A DNA stretch of 64,000 nt from Alphaproteobacteria bacterium (GCA_965214705.1 OZ243972.1:1536001-1600000); one strand, 5' to 3'. Counted from the first letter of the stretch, positions 39,187 to 50,270 are shown. The notes: generated by a model from the sequence alone, not told the origin. Made by a program: numbers and translations.

Positions 39187-40938
39187 ATGATCGATCGTTC
39201 ACGACTGCCCGCCACAATCCGGGCCCGCATCCACGATGGCGCCATCGACCGGGTCTCGAGATTCTTCAACGCTTCCATCGCGGACGCGGCGGCAGAGCTG
39301 ATCCAGAACTCACGCCGCAGCGGCGCGACGCGGCTCAACATCGCCACCGAGGCCGTGCCCGAGGGCGGCACCGTCGTCACCGTCACGGACGACGGTTTCG
39401 GCATCGCCGACCCGGCCGTGCTGCTGTCCTTCGGCGAGAGCGGCTGGAACGCCGCGACCGCGCGCCGCGAAGACCCTGCCGGCATGGGCGTCTATGCGCT
39501 GTCGAAGCGCGGCTGTGTCATCTCGTCGCGGCCGGGCACCGCCGGGCGCGCACCCATGCCCGGCTGGCGGGTCGAACTCACGCCCGAGTGCTTCATCGGA
39601 AAGCAGGAGGCCCGGATCGTGTCCTGCGAGAATGCCCCGCTGCCCAGCGGCACCGCGGTCTCGTTCCGCGCGGAAGAGGGCCGGGAAGGCATCCGCGCCG
39701 CCTTCGGCGCCGCGGCGCGCCACTGCCCGTTGGCCGTGGCCGTCAACGGCGAGGTCGTCGAGCGCAAGTCCTTCCTCGACGGCGCCGTCCATGTCGAGCG
39801 CTGGCAGGGACTCTCCTTCGGCGTCTTCGACAGCAGATTCCCCGGCTTCAACCACTCCGACCTCAACTTCCACGGACTCACGCTCTCCGTATGCCTGCCC
39901 ACCATGGACACCATCGACGGTGGCACCTGGTCGGTGCTCGCCGACGTCGACGCGTGCCCCGAGCTGGAACTGGTCCTGCCCGCCCGCCGCGAGGCCGTGC
40001 AGACGCCCTTCCTGGAAGAGATGCGCAAGGCGGCCCGTATCGCCATCTACCGGGCGATGCGCCGCGCCGACCGCACGCCTGCGCTCTCCCACGCCCGCTT
40101 CACCGCGGCCCGGAAGGCGGGCATCGACATGCCCAGTGCGCCTGCCGTGCTCCGCCCCTGGCGCCCGGCCATCGCCGATATCGACGACTGGCGGGACACG
40201 CCGGACCGTGAGCCGGTCCGCCCCGACACCCTGGTCATGGCGGTCGATGCAGAGACCCAGGACCAGCAATGCCTCTGGCGGGCAGCGGAACGGGCAGGGA
40301 TCGCCGGCCGCCTGTTCGAGGCCGACGCGCGCCTGGAGGGCTACGCCTGGTACGACGCGCTGGCGCGGGTGGAGAGCGTGCGCATCGACATCACCGGGGC
40401 CGGCGTTACCCATCCCCTCGATGCGCTCCGCGACCTGTCCGAACCGTGCTCTGACGTCCCCACCGCGCCGGGCCTGCCGGATACGCTGGCGCGGCCCGAG
40501 GCCATCCAAATTCACCTTGACGTAGCGCACGGGGACGGGCCGCCCGAGACCATGGCCATCCCCGCCGACGTCGCCTTCATCGGCGAGGACGGGGCCTGGG
40601 TCGAGGACGCGCATCCGCTCGTCACCAGGGACAGCGACCTCCAGCCCTCGGCACTCTGCCAGCTCCTGCAGGCGGCGTATTTCTCGGCCTCCGACGACGC
40701 GGACGCGGACAGCCACGACACCCAGCGCCGCCGTTTCCGCGAGGACGCCACCCACATGGCGATCAAGCTGCTGGCCAGCGAGGAAGAGGCCAGAAAGCAC
40801 ACCATCGCGGAAGCCGTCTGGCGCGAGATCCTCTGGGTGATGCCGCGCGACCGCGAGGTCTCCATCAAGGTCAACGGCGGCAAGGTCGCGGTGGAGTTCG
40901 GACCCGAGAGCCCGGCTCCTCAGGGGGTAGCGGCATGA
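39187..40938 (+). CDS. GHKL-type ATP-binding protein
   Basis: ELIQNSRRSGA, VTDDGFG, PAGMG, GT motifs. Confidence 0.75.
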   Translation: MIDRSRLPATIRARIHDGAIDRVSRFFNASIADAAAELIQNSRRSGATRLNIATEAVPEGGTVVTVTDDGFGIADPAVLLSFGESGWNAATARREDPAGMGVYALSKRGCVISSRPGTAGRAPMPGWRVELTPECFIGKQEARIVSCENAPLPSGTAVSFRAEEGREGIRAAFGAAARHCPLAVAVNGEVVERKSFLDGAVHVERWQGLSFGVFDSRFPGFNHSDLNFHGLTLSVCLPTMDTIDGGTWSVLADVDACPELELVLPARREAVQTPFLEEMRKAARIAIYRAMRRADRTPALSHARFTAARKAGIDMPSAPAVLRPWRPAIADIDDWRDTPDREPVRPDTLVMAVDAETQDQQCLWRAAERAGIAGRLFEADARLEGYAWYDALARVESVRIDITGAGVTHPLDALRDLSEPCSDVPTAPGLPDTLARPEAIQIHLDVAHGDGPPETMAIPADVAFIGEDGAWVEDAHPLVTRDSDLQPSALCQLLQAAYFSASDDADADSHDTQRRRFREDATHMAIKLLASEEEARKHTIAEAVWREILWVMPRDREVSIKVNGGKVAVEFGPESPAPQGVAA

Positions 40939-41465
40939 CCTGGTACACGGTGCAAGCTTCTTATGCCGCCTACCACGCCAACACGGTCTCGGTCGAAGCC
41001 GAGACCCTCGAGGAGGCGCTGGAGAAGGCCATCGAGGTGGCCAACCAGGACCCCAACTGGAAGCCGGTGGACCACTGCGGGCCGAGCTTCGTGGATGCTT
41101 GTTGCATGGGCCAGGACGAGGATCCGTGGGACGACGGCAAGTCTCTGCCCGTGCCGGCCAGGTTTACGGAGAAGGGCGAACCGCCGGTTGTCACCCTCAC
41201 CGGCCCCCGCCCGCCCGGCGTCGTCGAGGTGACAGGGGGCACCGCGCGGATCCGATTCGTCGATGCTGAGCCCGCGAACGCCACCGGTCCGAGAGAGCGG
41301 GCGAAGGCGACGGTCACCACGGAGGTTTCCGATCCGCCGCCGCCCCCCGGCAACAAGCCGGTGGTCACGGTCCGGCCCCGCCCCGATCGCGCCCCTGAGG
41401 TCGAGGTCGCCGGCGCCACGGCAATTGTCCGCGTCGAGGGTTGGGAGGGAATCGACCATGCCTGA
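40935..41465 (+). CDS. hypothetical protein
   Basis: ATGA overlap with the upstream gene; internal repeat PVVT...P.VEV.G.TA..R. Confidence 0.65.
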   Translation: MTWYTVQASYAAYHANTVSVEAETLEEALEKAIEVANQDPNWKPVDHCGPSFVDACCMGQDEDPWDDGKSLPVPARFTEKGEPPVVTLTGPRPPGVVEVTGGTARIRFVDAEPANATGPRERAKATVTTEVSDPPPPPGNKPVVTVRPRPDRAPEVEVAGATAIVRVEGWEGIDHA

Positions 41466-41874
41466 ACCCGGCAACACCGCCGCATTCGGCCCCGCGATTT
41501 CCACATACTTTCGCGCCCAGGCGATCGAGGACGGCATCCTCGTCGACGTCTCAGACACCGCGCGCGAAGCGGGCTTCAACATCCCCGTCGCGCTCACGCG
41601 CACCGTCTGGGAACGCCTAGTCGCCTTGCCCGAGGGGTACCGCGGCTTCCAGGACGAGCGCGGCCGTCTGTGGGACGTGCTCTGGATGGCGCGCCACTAC
41701 GCGCTCCGCGCCTCCAACAGCGACCGCGTGACCATGTGTGTGCTGGTGCGCGACATCCGCAAGGACCTCCGAGACAGCAACCGGCCGCCCCGCAAGCACT
41801 TCCTCATCGTGACGATCGGCGCAGGTGATGCCGGAGAGCCCGTCGTGACGGTGATGTTCCCCGAAGACGACTGA
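41458..41874 (+). CDS. DUF6573-like protein
   Basis: YFRAQAIEDGILVDV...QDERGRLWDVLWM...EPVVTVMFPED. Confidence 0.75.
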   Translation: MPEPGNTAAFGPAISTYFRAQAIEDGILVDVSDTAREAGFNIPVALTRTVWERLVALPEGYRGFQDERGRLWDVLWMARHYALRASNSDRVTMCVLVRDIRKDLRDSNRPPRKHFLIVTIGAGDAGEPVVTVMFPEDD

Positions 41875-42055
41875 GCGCGCCTTCCGCCTGGTCTCTCCGG
41901 CGCCACCAGGAGCGAAGTCGGGCTCCGGTCGGGCGAGCGGCGCGGAACCTGGAGGACTCCTGCGCCGCCTCACGCTCTCCTTCGGCGCCCCGCCGCGGTC
42001 TCTCCTCCCGCGGCGGGGCGTTCATTCCCTCCACTCCGTCACATGGAGCCGTGCC

Positions 42056-42400
42056 ATGCCCCGTTCGAGCGCCGCCCTCGCGATCCCGGACCTGCCTCCC
42101 GCACCGCCCCCGGCGATGCACCCCATGGACCCGCGCCGGGGCCAGAGCCTCTCGCCGATGTTCGCCGCATTCCTGTGCTGGCTGCTGGTCCTGGAACCGA
42201 TGACCGATCCCGCGATCACCGGCATCGCCGTCTCCGGCAACTCCGTCCTCGCGGCCACGTCCGAGGATCCGCTCTTCAACGCCCACCTCGGCGCGCTGGA
42301 CGATTTCGAGCGCAACCTGCGCCGCTGGGGCCAGGTCTGCGGTGCCGATCCGCACATGATCGATGCGCTTGTGGCCAAAGTCCGGAGGGCAAGGCGATGA
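42056..42400 (+). CDS. hypothetical protein
   Basis: RBS GGAG; its stop overlaps the radC start. Confidence 0.55.
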   Translation: MPRSSAALAIPDLPPAPPPAMHPMDPRRGQSLSPMFAAFLCWLLVLEPMTDPAITGIAVSGNSVLAATSEDPLFNAHLGALDDFERNLRRWGQVCGADPHMIDALVAKVRRARR

Positions 42401-43140
42401 GCGTCTTCGATGCACCAGCCCCCGGCCTCCGCGACGTGACGCCTTTCCCCGCGCCTTCCGCGCAGCACCCCGGCGACACCTGCCACGACGAACTGCGAGC
42501 GCGCTTCCTCCGCGCCGGGCGCGAGGCGGTCGACGACCGGGAGCTTTTGCAGCTCCTGCTGGCGGGATCGCACCCTCCCGCCGAAGCCGCGCACCTTGCC
42601 GGGGTGCTGCTGGACACCTTCGGCTCGCCCGCCCGCGTCCTCGCCGCCCGTCCCGGCACGCTGCACACCGTAGCGGGACTCGACGATGCCGGCATTGCCG
42701 CCATCAAAACCGCCGAGGCGCTCGGCATCGCCATGGCCAGGGCCGCCCTGCCGGAACGGGTCCATCCACAGCTCGCAACCTACGAGAAGGTCGTAGAGTA
42801 TTGCCGCACCCTCGCGGCCCACCGCGACGTCGAGGAGCTGCATGTCCTCTTCCTCAACACCAAGAACGCCCTCATCTGCGACGAGGTGCACCAGAGGGGC
42901 ACGATCAACCACACCCCAGTCTATCCCCGTCAGGTCTGCGTCCGCGCGCTGGAGGTCGGCGCCACCGCCCTGGTCGTCGTGCACCAACACCCGTCGGGGG
43001 ACCCTTGCCCATCGAGAGCGGACGTCGAGATGACCACCCGCCTGCGGGACGCCCTCAAGACGATCGACGTCGATCTCCACGACCATATCGTCGTTGCGCC
43101 GGGCGACGCGTTCAGCTTCCGCCAGAAGGGCCTCATCTGA
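42397..43140 (+). CDS. radC: RadC family (JAB/MPN) protein
   Basis: GTINHTPVYPR, HQHPSGDPCPSRAD, LHDHIVV. Confidence 0.92.
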   Translation: MSVFDAPAPGLRDVTPFPAPSAQHPGDTCHDELRARFLRAGREAVDDRELLQLLLAGSHPPAEAAHLAGVLLDTFGSPARVLAARPGTLHTVAGLDDAGIAAIKTAEALGIAMARAALPERVHPQLATYEKVVEYCRTLAAHRDVEELHVLFLNTKNALICDEVHQRGTINHTPVYPRQVCVRALEVGATALVVVHQHPSGDPCPSRADVEMTTRLRDALKTIDVDLHDHIVVAPGDAFSFRQKGLI

Positions 43141-43218
43141 TCCTTCTCGCAGTCGCACCGACCGAGCGGCCGGCGCGCTCCCGCCCACCGCCTGATCGTC
43201 CGCCTGCGGACGTCACCG

Positions 43219-43986
43219 CTACCGCGGGTCGAACGGCTGCACGACGGTTCTAATCACGGCCAACAGCGGAGTGCCTTCGACGTCCAGCGTCCGCTCCCAA
43301 CAGCCCGCGTCGATCGCGCCGTGGCAATGCTCCACCAGGACATCTCTCCAGTCGTTGCCGGATCCGAAGGGATTGCCCTTGTCCTCCATCTCCGCGGCAT
43401 CCAGGAACCCCAGGTAGACCAGCACGACCGGCACGCCGAGCGTCGCCAGCTTCCAGGACCAGGCGAACCGGTTGGAGAGCTGGTAGTGGTGCTCCGCCGA
43501 CAGCTCCCACGAACCGCCCGTCACCTCTCCAAGGCCGGCATTCGCTTCCGCAAGCGCGCGCTCGATACGTTTCCGGTTGGCCGGCGTGGCCCCGCATCGG
43601 TCCCGCTTCGACAATTCCTTCGAGTGCGCCTTCGCCTCCACCAGAAGAAGACCCTTCCTGCCGATCACCGTGCAGGTGCTCGCGATGTCCCAGTTGGGCG
43701 TCCTCGAGCTGCCCGCTGCGCTCGCCATCCACCACCTCCTCAACTGCAGCCGCGTTTCCTCCGGGAGCAGAGCGGCGCCTCCCGAAACCGCCTTGTCCAA
43801 CTCGGCTTCCCTCACGTCCGCCACGCCCTGCGGTTGCCACTGGTCCCTGGCTGCGACCAGGACCTCCGGCCTGCCGACTATCCCCGTCAGCCGCGCAGCA
43901 ACTCCGTCCCGACCTCCGTTCGTGAGAAGTACGCAGCGCGGCCGGCTGCCCCGGTTGTCCTTTCCCAATTCTCTCAGCCAGTCCAT
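43219..43986 (-). CDS. hypothetical protein, restriction-endonuclease-like fold
   Basis: TPNWD...LLLVEAKAH..E...YQL; lies opposite to the backbone genes. Confidence 0.6.
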   Translation of the reverse strand: MDWLRELGKDNRGSRPRCVLLTNGGRDGVAARLTGIVGRPEVLVAARDQWQPQGVADVREAELDKAVSGGAALLPEETRLQLRRWWMASAAGSSRTPNWDIASTCTVIGRKGLLLVEAKAHSKELSKRDRCGATPANRKRIERALAEANAGLGEVTGGSWELSAEHHYQLSNRFAWSWKLATLGVPVVLVYLGFLDAAEMEDKGNPFGSGNDWRDVLVEHCHGAIDAGCWERTLDVEGTPLLAVIRTVVQPFDPR

Positions 43987-44250
43987 CGCCGATACCCGCG
44001 TTTTTCCCTCGCCAAAGCGTCCTCGCCGCCCATCACGGGCTGCGCGATGCCAGCCGCAGCCGAACTCTTAGTCCCGACTCGCAGCCGAAGCATCCCCCAA
44101 CGCCCGCTCCGGCCCGCATGCGCAACCGCGCCCCGCGGCGCCGAGAGTACGGGTGGCGGAGACGGGGCAGGCCGGACGGAGCGTTGCGGGAGACTCTTCC
44201 CGCGCCGCTTCGGTGCCGGCTTCCCCGCAGCCCGTCTCCGGAGCCCACTC

Positions 44251-47200
44251 ATGCTCGACGCCCGCCCGGCGCCGCCCGACCCCGCTCGTCCGCCCTCCGC
44301 CGCACTCCCCGCCACCGCGACCGACGAACCCGCCGCGCCGCAGCCCGCCTCCGCGCCCGCCGCGCTGTTGGCCGCGGCCCGCACCCTGCTGCCCGTCCTG
44401 GAAGCCGGCCGCGCGCTCGATGCCCGCACCCTGCGCGAGGCCATGACCTCCGCCTTCGGCGCCTCCGACGCGGACGGCGCCTGGCTCTGGAAGGATTCCT
44501 ACGAGGCGGCCGAGGCGGTGCTGGTGTTGTTCCTCCAACGCTACGGCCGCGCCATGCGCCGCGAGGCCGGCGCCGATCCCGGCGGACCCGCCGCCATGCT
44601 GCGGATGCTGGAAACCCTGGCGGCCCTGGAGCCCTCGCAGACGCGGCGCTCCGAAGAGCAGCTCAAGTACCAGCAGTTCTCGACGCCGCTGCCCCTGGCC
44701 TACACGGCGCTGCAGGCCGCCATGATCCGCCCCGGCGACGTGGTGCTCGAACCCTCGGCAGGCACCGGAATGCTGGCCGTCATGGCGCAGCTTGCCCTCG
44801 GCAAGGACACCAACGCGCTTCACCTCAACGAGATCGCCGCCGTCCGCGCCGGCCTCCTCGCGGGGCTGTTTCCGGGCAGCACCGTCACCCGCCACAACGC
44901 GGAGTCGATCAGGGACCGGCTGCCCGAGCTGCGTCCCACCGTGGTACTGATGAACCCACCCTTCTCGGCCAGCCCCGGCGTGGACCGCATCCGCCATCAC
45001 GCCGATCTGCATCACATCCGCTCGGCTTTCTCGACGCTGCCGCCGGGCGGGCGGCTGGTAGCCATCTCGTCAGCGCACTGCGTCCCCGGCGATACCGCCT
45101 GGCAAGACGCCTTCGCATCGCTCGACCCGCCGGCACACGCGGTGTTCACCGCACCCATCGACGGCCGCGCCTATGCGCGGCGCGGCACCACCTTCGACAC
45201 CCGCCTCACCGTCCTCGACAGGGGAGGCGAGAAGCCTGCGCGGGTCTATGCCGGCCACCCCGTGCGCGACGCCGGCCACCTTCTTCAGGCGCTCACCGGC
45301 ACCGTGCCGGCGCGGCGCCCGATCGAGCCGGTGCCGGGCGCCGACCTGTTCGGCCAGGCGCCAGCACCGTCGAGACGGTCCCGGCCCACGCGGGCCAGGC
45401 GCACCGGCACCGCCGCGCATCCGCCGGAGCCAAACGACTGGGGCTCTGTCTCGGAGCTCGCCTACGAGGCGGTGCCTGCCGGCGGCGGTCCCGCCAAGGG
45501 CGCCCAACCCTCCGGCCCCTACGCGCGGTGGCGGGCATCGAGCATCCACGTGCCGGGAGCGGTCCAGCACCCGACGCCGCTCGTGCAGTCAGGCGCGATG
45601 GCGGCAGTGCCGCACCCCATGCCGTCCTACCGCCCGATGCTGCCGGAGAAGGTGGTCACCGAGGGGCTGCTGTCCGACGCCCAGCTCGAGAGCGTGGTCC
45701 TCGCCGGCCAGGCGCATGAGAAGCACCTCGCGGCCGAGTACCGCATCGGCGCCGGCTGGGAGACACTCGTGCCTGAGACGGTGCGGCCCGTGGACGCCGA
45801 TGCCGATGACGACGGCGATGAATCCGCTCCGGCTTCCGAAGGCGACATTCAGATCGTCGATGCCGACGAGCCGCTGTCCGACCCGGTCCGCTTCCGGCGC
45901 GGCTGGATGCTCGGCGACGGCACCGGCTGCGGCAAGGGCCGGCAGGTCGCCGCCATCGTCCTCGACCAGTGGCTCAGGGGACGCAAGCGCGCGCTCTGGC
46001 TCTCGCAGTCTGACAAGCTGCTGGAGGACGCGCGCCGGGACTGGTGCGCCGTCGGCGGGCGCGCCGAAGACGTCATCCCCCTCGGCAAGGTGCGCCAGGG
46101 GTCCGACATCCCCCATGCACAGGGAATCCTGTTCGCCACCTATGCCACGCTGCGCTCTCCCGCGCGGCAGGGCAAGCCCTCGCGGCTCGACCAGATCGTG
46201 GCATGGCTCGCGGACGGCGAGGACGAAGACGAGCGGCATGCCTATCAGGGCGTCATCGTCTTCGACGAGGCCCATGCCATGGCCAACGCGGCAGGCTCCA
46301 AGGGCTCGCGCGGCGAGGTGAGACCCTCGCAGCAGGGCCGCGCGGGCTTGCGCCTTCAGAACGCACTCCCCGATGCCCGCATCCTCTACGTCTCCGCCAC
46401 CGGGGCCACCACCGTCCCCGGTCTCGCCTACGCGCGGCGCCTCGGGCTCTGGGCCTCCGGCGAGACCCCCTTCGAGACCCGCACCGCCTTCATCGCTGCC
46501 ATGGAAGCCGGCGGCGTCGCAGCCATGGAAGTCGTAGCGCGCGATCTCAAGGCTTTGGGTCTCTACCAGGCCCGGGCTCTTTCCTACGACGGAGTGGAAG
46601 TCGACATCCTGGAGCACCCGCTCACGGACGAGCAGCGGCGCATCTACGACTCCTATGCCGGCGCCTTCAAGATCATCCACCAGAACATCCAGGAGGCGCT
46701 GAAGGCCACCGGCATCGTCGACGGGGAGTCAACCCTCAACAAGAACGCCAAGTCCGCCGCCCTCTCCGCCTTCGAAGGCGCCAAGCAGCGTTTCTTCGGC
46801 CACCTGCTCACCTCCATGAAGTGCCCCTCGCTGATCCGCGCCATCGAGGCGGACCTGGAGGAGGGCCGCTCCGCCGTGGTGCAGCTGGTCTCCACCGGCG
46901 AGGCGCTGATGGAACGCCGCATCGCCGAGATCCCGGCCTCCGAATGGGACGACCTTTCCATCGACCTGACGCCTCGCGAGTACGTGCTCGACTTCCTGGA
47001 GCACGCCTTCCCGGTGCAACTGCAGGAGCCCTTCGAGGACGATGACGGCAACCTCATGTCGCGGCCGGTCTTCGATGCCGACAACAACCCGGTGCTCTGC
47101 CAGGAGGCACTGGCGAAGCGCGACGCGCTGATCCAGAAGCTCGGCGCCCTGCCGCCGGTGCAGTCGGCGCTCGACCAGATCGTTCATCGCTTCGGGCACG

Positions 47201-48792
47201 ACGCCGTGGCCGAGATCACCGGGCGCTCGCGCAGGGTGCTCAGGATCGAGGACGCCAGGGGCGAGCGCCTGGCGCTCCGCCCGCGGCCCGCCTCGGCCAA
47301 CATCGCCGAGACTGCCGCCTTCATGGACGGGGAGAAGCGCATCCTGGTGTTCTCGATGGCGGGCGGCATCGGCCGCAGCTACCACGCCGATCTCGGCTGC
47401 CCCAACACCGAGCGCCGTATCCACTACTTGCTGGAGCCCGGCTGGCGGGCCGACCAGGCGATCCAGGGGCTGGGCCGGACCCACCGCACGCACCAGGCGT
47501 CCGCACCGCTGTTCCGTCCCGTCGCAACGGACGTGAAGGGCGAGCGCAGGTTCATCGCCACCATCGCGCGCAGGCTGGACAGCCTGGGCGCCATCACGCG
47601 CGGACAGCGCGACTCGCAGACCGCCATGGGCGACGACGACACCGCGCTGTTCAGGGCCAGCGACAACCTGGAGAGCCTCTACGCCAAGTCGGCGTTGCGC
47701 CAGTTCTACATCGCCCTCTCGCACGGCCACATCGAGGACTGGTCCCTCAAGGACTTCGAAGAAGCCACCGGGCTCAAGCTCACCTGGGAGGGCAACCTCA
47801 AGGAGGACCTGCCGCCCATGCCGCAGTTCCTCAACCGCCTCCTGGCGCTCCCCATCGACGAGCAGAACCAGCTCTTCGGTGCGCTCGAGACCCGGACCGA
47901 GGCCAACATCGAGATCGCGATCGAGTCCGGCACATTCGAACGCGGCGTCGAGACCATCGTTGCCGACTCGCTCTCCGTCGCCTCGCGCGAGTCCGTGTTC
48001 ACCCACGAGGGCTCCGGCGCCGAGACCGAGATCGTCGAGATCGCGCGCAAGGACAGGCTGGAGCCGCTCACCGCCGACGGGGCGCTCTCGCTTCACTCCC
48101 AGACCTCCAGCGGCAGGCCCCGCCTCATGGTCAACGCGCAGTCCGGCCGCGCCGCACTCGTGATGTCCGCGCCGTCGCGCATGTTCGACGACGGCGACGT
48201 GCAGGAGCGCGTGCGCCTGGTGCGTCCCGCTGTCCGCGAGACCATGGCGCGGAAGGCCCTCGACGCATCGCAATGGCGGGATGCGGACGAGGATCGCTGG
48301 CGCATGGTCTGGGACACCGAGATCGCCGGCCTGCCGTCCCACCGCGAGTCCCGTTTCTGGCTGGTCGCGGGCCTGCTGCTGCCGATCTGGGACCGGCTGC
48401 CCGACGAGAGCATGCGGGTCCGCCGCTTGGTCGCCGACGACGGCGAGCACCTGATCGGCCGCGTCCTCGGCCCCGCCGAGGTCACCCAGTTCCGTGCCGC
48501 ACTCGGTCTCGACGGCGGCCCCGGCCTCACCGCCGCCGAGGTTCACGACGAGATCATGAAATGCGGCGCCTCCTTCCATCTCTCCAACGGCTGGAAGCTG
48601 GCTCGGCGCCGGCTCATGGGAGCCTTCCGCATCGAAATCGAAGGCCCCGCGGACGGCGACACCGACACGCTCAAGCGCATGGGCTGCATCGCCGAGATCG
48701 TCTCGTGGCGCACCCGCCTGTTCGCGCCCGACCGCGACACGCTGGAGCGTATCACGGACCGCTGGCCCATCGCGCCACCGGAGGCGTCCTGA
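44251..48792 (+). CDS. strawberry-notch family helicase with N-terminal methyltransferase
   Basis: QQFSTP, VLEPSAGTG, MNPPF; LGDGTGCGKGRQ, FDEAH, YVSATG, QGLGRTHR. Confidence 0.92.
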   Translation: MLDARPAPPDPARPPSAALPATATDEPAAPQPASAPAALLAAARTLLPVLEAGRALDARTLREAMTSAFGASDADGAWLWKDSYEAAEAVLVLFLQRYGRAMRREAGADPGGPAAMLRMLETLAALEPSQTRRSEEQLKYQQFSTPLPLAYTALQAAMIRPGDVVLEPSAGTGMLAVMAQLALGKDTNALHLNEIAAVRAGLLAGLFPGSTVTRHNAESIRDRLPELRPTVVLMNPPFSASPGVDRIRHHADLHHIRSAFSTLPPGGRLVAISSAHCVPGDTAWQDAFASLDPPAHAVFTAPIDGRAYARRGTTFDTRLTVLDRGGEKPARVYAGHPVRDAGHLLQALTGTVPARRPIEPVPGADLFGQAPAPSRRSRPTRARRTGTAAHPPEPNDWGSVSELAYEAVPAGGGPAKGAQPSGPYARWRASSIHVPGAVQHPTPLVQSGAMAAVPHPMPSYRPMLPEKVVTEGLLSDAQLESVVLAGQAHEKHLAAEYRIGAGWETLVPETVRPVDADADDDGDESAPASEGDIQIVDADEPLSDPVRFRRGWMLGDGTGCGKGRQVAAIVLDQWLRGRKRALWLSQSDKLLEDARRDWCAVGGRAEDVIPLGKVRQGSDIPHAQGILFATYATLRSPARQGKPSRLDQIVAWLADGEDEDERHAYQGVIVFDEAHAMANAAGSKGSRGEVRPSQQGRAGLRLQNALPDARILYVSATGATTVPGLAYARRLGLWASGETPFETRTAFIAAMEAGGVAAMEVVARDLKALGLYQARALSYDGVEVDILEHPLTDEQRRIYDSYAGAFKIIHQNIQEALKATGIVDGESTLNKNAKSAALSAFEGAKQRFFGHLLTSMKCPSLIRAIEADLEEGRSAVVQLVSTGEALMERRIAEIPASEWDDLSIDLTPREYVLDFLEHAFPVQLQEPFEDDDGNLMSRPVFDADNNPVLCQEALAKRDALIQKLGALPPVQSALDQIVHRFGHDAVAEITGRSRRVLRIEDARGERLALRPRPASANIAETAAFMDGEKRILVFSMAGGIGRSYHADLGCPNTERRIHYLLEPGWRADQAIQGLGRTHRTHQASAPLFRPVATDVKGERRFIATIARRLDSLGAITRGQRDSQTAMGDDDTALFRASDNLESLYAKSALRQFYIALSHGHIEDWSLKDFEEATGLKLTWEGNLKEDLPPMPQFLNRLLALPIDEQNQLFGALETRTEANIEIAIESGTFERGVETIVADSLSVASRESVFTHEGSGAETEIVEIARKDRLEPLTADGALSLHSQTSSGRPRLMVNAQSGRAALVMSAPSRMFDDGDVQERVRLVRPAVRETMARKALDASQWRDADEDRWRMVWDTEIAGLPSHRESRFWLVAGLLLPIWDRLPDESMRVRRLVADDGEHLIGRVLGPAEVTQFRAALGLDGGPGLTAAEVHDEIMKCGASFHLSNGWKLARRRLMGAFRIEIEGPADGDTDTLKRMGCIAEIVSWRTRLFAPDRDTLERITDRWPIAPPEAS

Positions 48793-48886
48793 CCGCCCCG
48801 CCTGCGGCGCCGGTCCGCCCGTCGCCTCACGTTGCCGCCCGCCTTCACGAGGGCGGCTCCGCCCCACCGCAACAAGGACATATTCG

Positions 48887-49147
48887 ATGACAACGCACGA
48901 GCTTCCCGAGGAGCCGGTCTTCGCCTTCACGCCGGCCTACGAGCTGCCCGACGAGCCCCAGCAGATCCGCATCGTCTTCGAGGGGATGGGCGGCTACATC
49001 CCCACCGCGCTCGTCGCGCTCTCGCTCGCAGATGCGGAGCGGCTGTGCGACAAGCTTAACCGTCGCCTCGGGCTCGACCGGGAGGCATGGAGCAGGCTGG
49101 TCGCGCGCTCCATGGCAGCGGGCCGGGGCGATGTCCCGCTTCATTGA
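48887..49147 (+). CDS. hypothetical protein
   Basis: RBS AAGGA; coding-like composition. Confidence 0.6.
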   Translation: MTTHELPEEPVFAFTPAYELPDEPQQIRIVFEGMGGYIPTALVALSLADAERLCDKLNRRLGLDREAWSRLVARSMAAGRGDVPLH

Positions 49148-49288
49148 CCCCGGTCTGCGCACCAATCACCCAATGCAAGACCCCCGGACACGCCTCCGGC
49201 GAATTCCCGGGCCTCCGCAACCGCCGCAGCGCGCCACCGGCTTGCCGTCGGCGCCGCCCGCCGGTAAGAATATCTGATATTCCAACTC

Positions 49289-49600
49289 ATGCCGCGCGAG
49301 GCCGCCATGCCCCTGGTCACCGTCAAGTCGAAGTTCCAGGTCACCATTCCCGCCGGACTGCGAAAGGGCATCGATCTTCGCGAGGGCGACATCATGGAGG
49401 CCACCCTCATGGGTGACGGCATCCTCTTCCGCCCCAAGCAGGTGGTGGACCGCGACGCGGCCGCCGACCGCATCGCGGCCGCGCTCGCCTCAAGACCGCC
49501 CTTGCCCGAGGACATCGGACGCTCCGAAGACGAGATCATGCAGGACGTCATCGCCGATATCGACGAATCGCGCCGGGAACGCCGCAGCCGTGAGACATGA
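49289..49600 (+). CDS. AbrB/MazE-type antitoxin
   Basis: KFQVTIPAGLRKGIDLREGD; coupled to a PIN gene. Confidence 0.85.
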   Translation: MPREAAMPLVTVKSKFQVTIPAGLRKGIDLREGDIMEATLMGDGILFRPKQVVDRDAAADRIAAALASRPPLPEDIGRSEDEIMQDVIADIDESRRERRSRET

Positions 49601-49989
49601 AGGTCGTCCTCGACTGCAACGTCGTTGTATCGGCGGCACGCATCGACGGCACCTGCCGGGCGGTCGTCGACAACGTGCTCCGGCACCACGATATCGTCCT
49701 CTCCGAGCCCATCCTGGCGGAGTATGAGTCTGTCGCCGCACGGACCAAACACGCTGCGTTCCGCGATGACTTAAAGGCGATGATCGGCGACATCGAGCGT
49801 GTTGCCGTCATCGTCGAGTCCGCCGATATCGCGTTCGGTCTGCGCGATCCCGACGACGAGATCTATCTCGCCACCGCGATGGCCGGCGGCGCCGTTCTGA
49901 TCACGGGCAACACGCGCGACTTCACCGAGCCGCGATACGCGACGGTAGACGTGCTCTCTCCACGCGCCTTCCTCGATCGGACCGCGTGA
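49597..49989 (+). CDS. PIN-domain toxin
   Basis: VVLDCNV, ILAE, RDPDD, ITGNTRDF. Confidence 0.88.
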   Translation: MKVVLDCNVVVSAARIDGTCRAVVDNVLRHHDIVLSEPILAEYESVAARTKHAAFRDDLKAMIGDIERVAVIVESADIAFGLRDPDDEIYLATAMAGGAVLITGNTRDFTEPRYATVDVLSPRAFLDRTA

Positions 49990-50270
49990 ACTGCTTCCGG
50001 ACGGGCTGACGCCCCCTTCCTGCCAGACTCTGCCCGCTGCGCCCCAGTTGGTACGTTCATCCCGCACCTTCGCGGTCTCTTTCCTGCACGCAGGACACGC
50101 ATTGCCGATCCGTGACCCGGCCGTGCCGTGCCGCACCTGTCCCACCAGCCGGCGACCGCTGCTCCCCTTCCCGGCGTTCCGACGAGCCCCGTCGCCGTTA
50201 TCCCGGACCCGGGAGGAGAGTGGGTGACGAGCTTCCTTCGGGTGAAGCCATCCGAGGAAGGAGAGGACCC

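Noticed and set aside
43321-44250. N-terminal extension of the 1823-aa ORF
   Set aside because: It overlaps the minus-strand gene and has no recognisable motifs; the start is more plausibly 44251.
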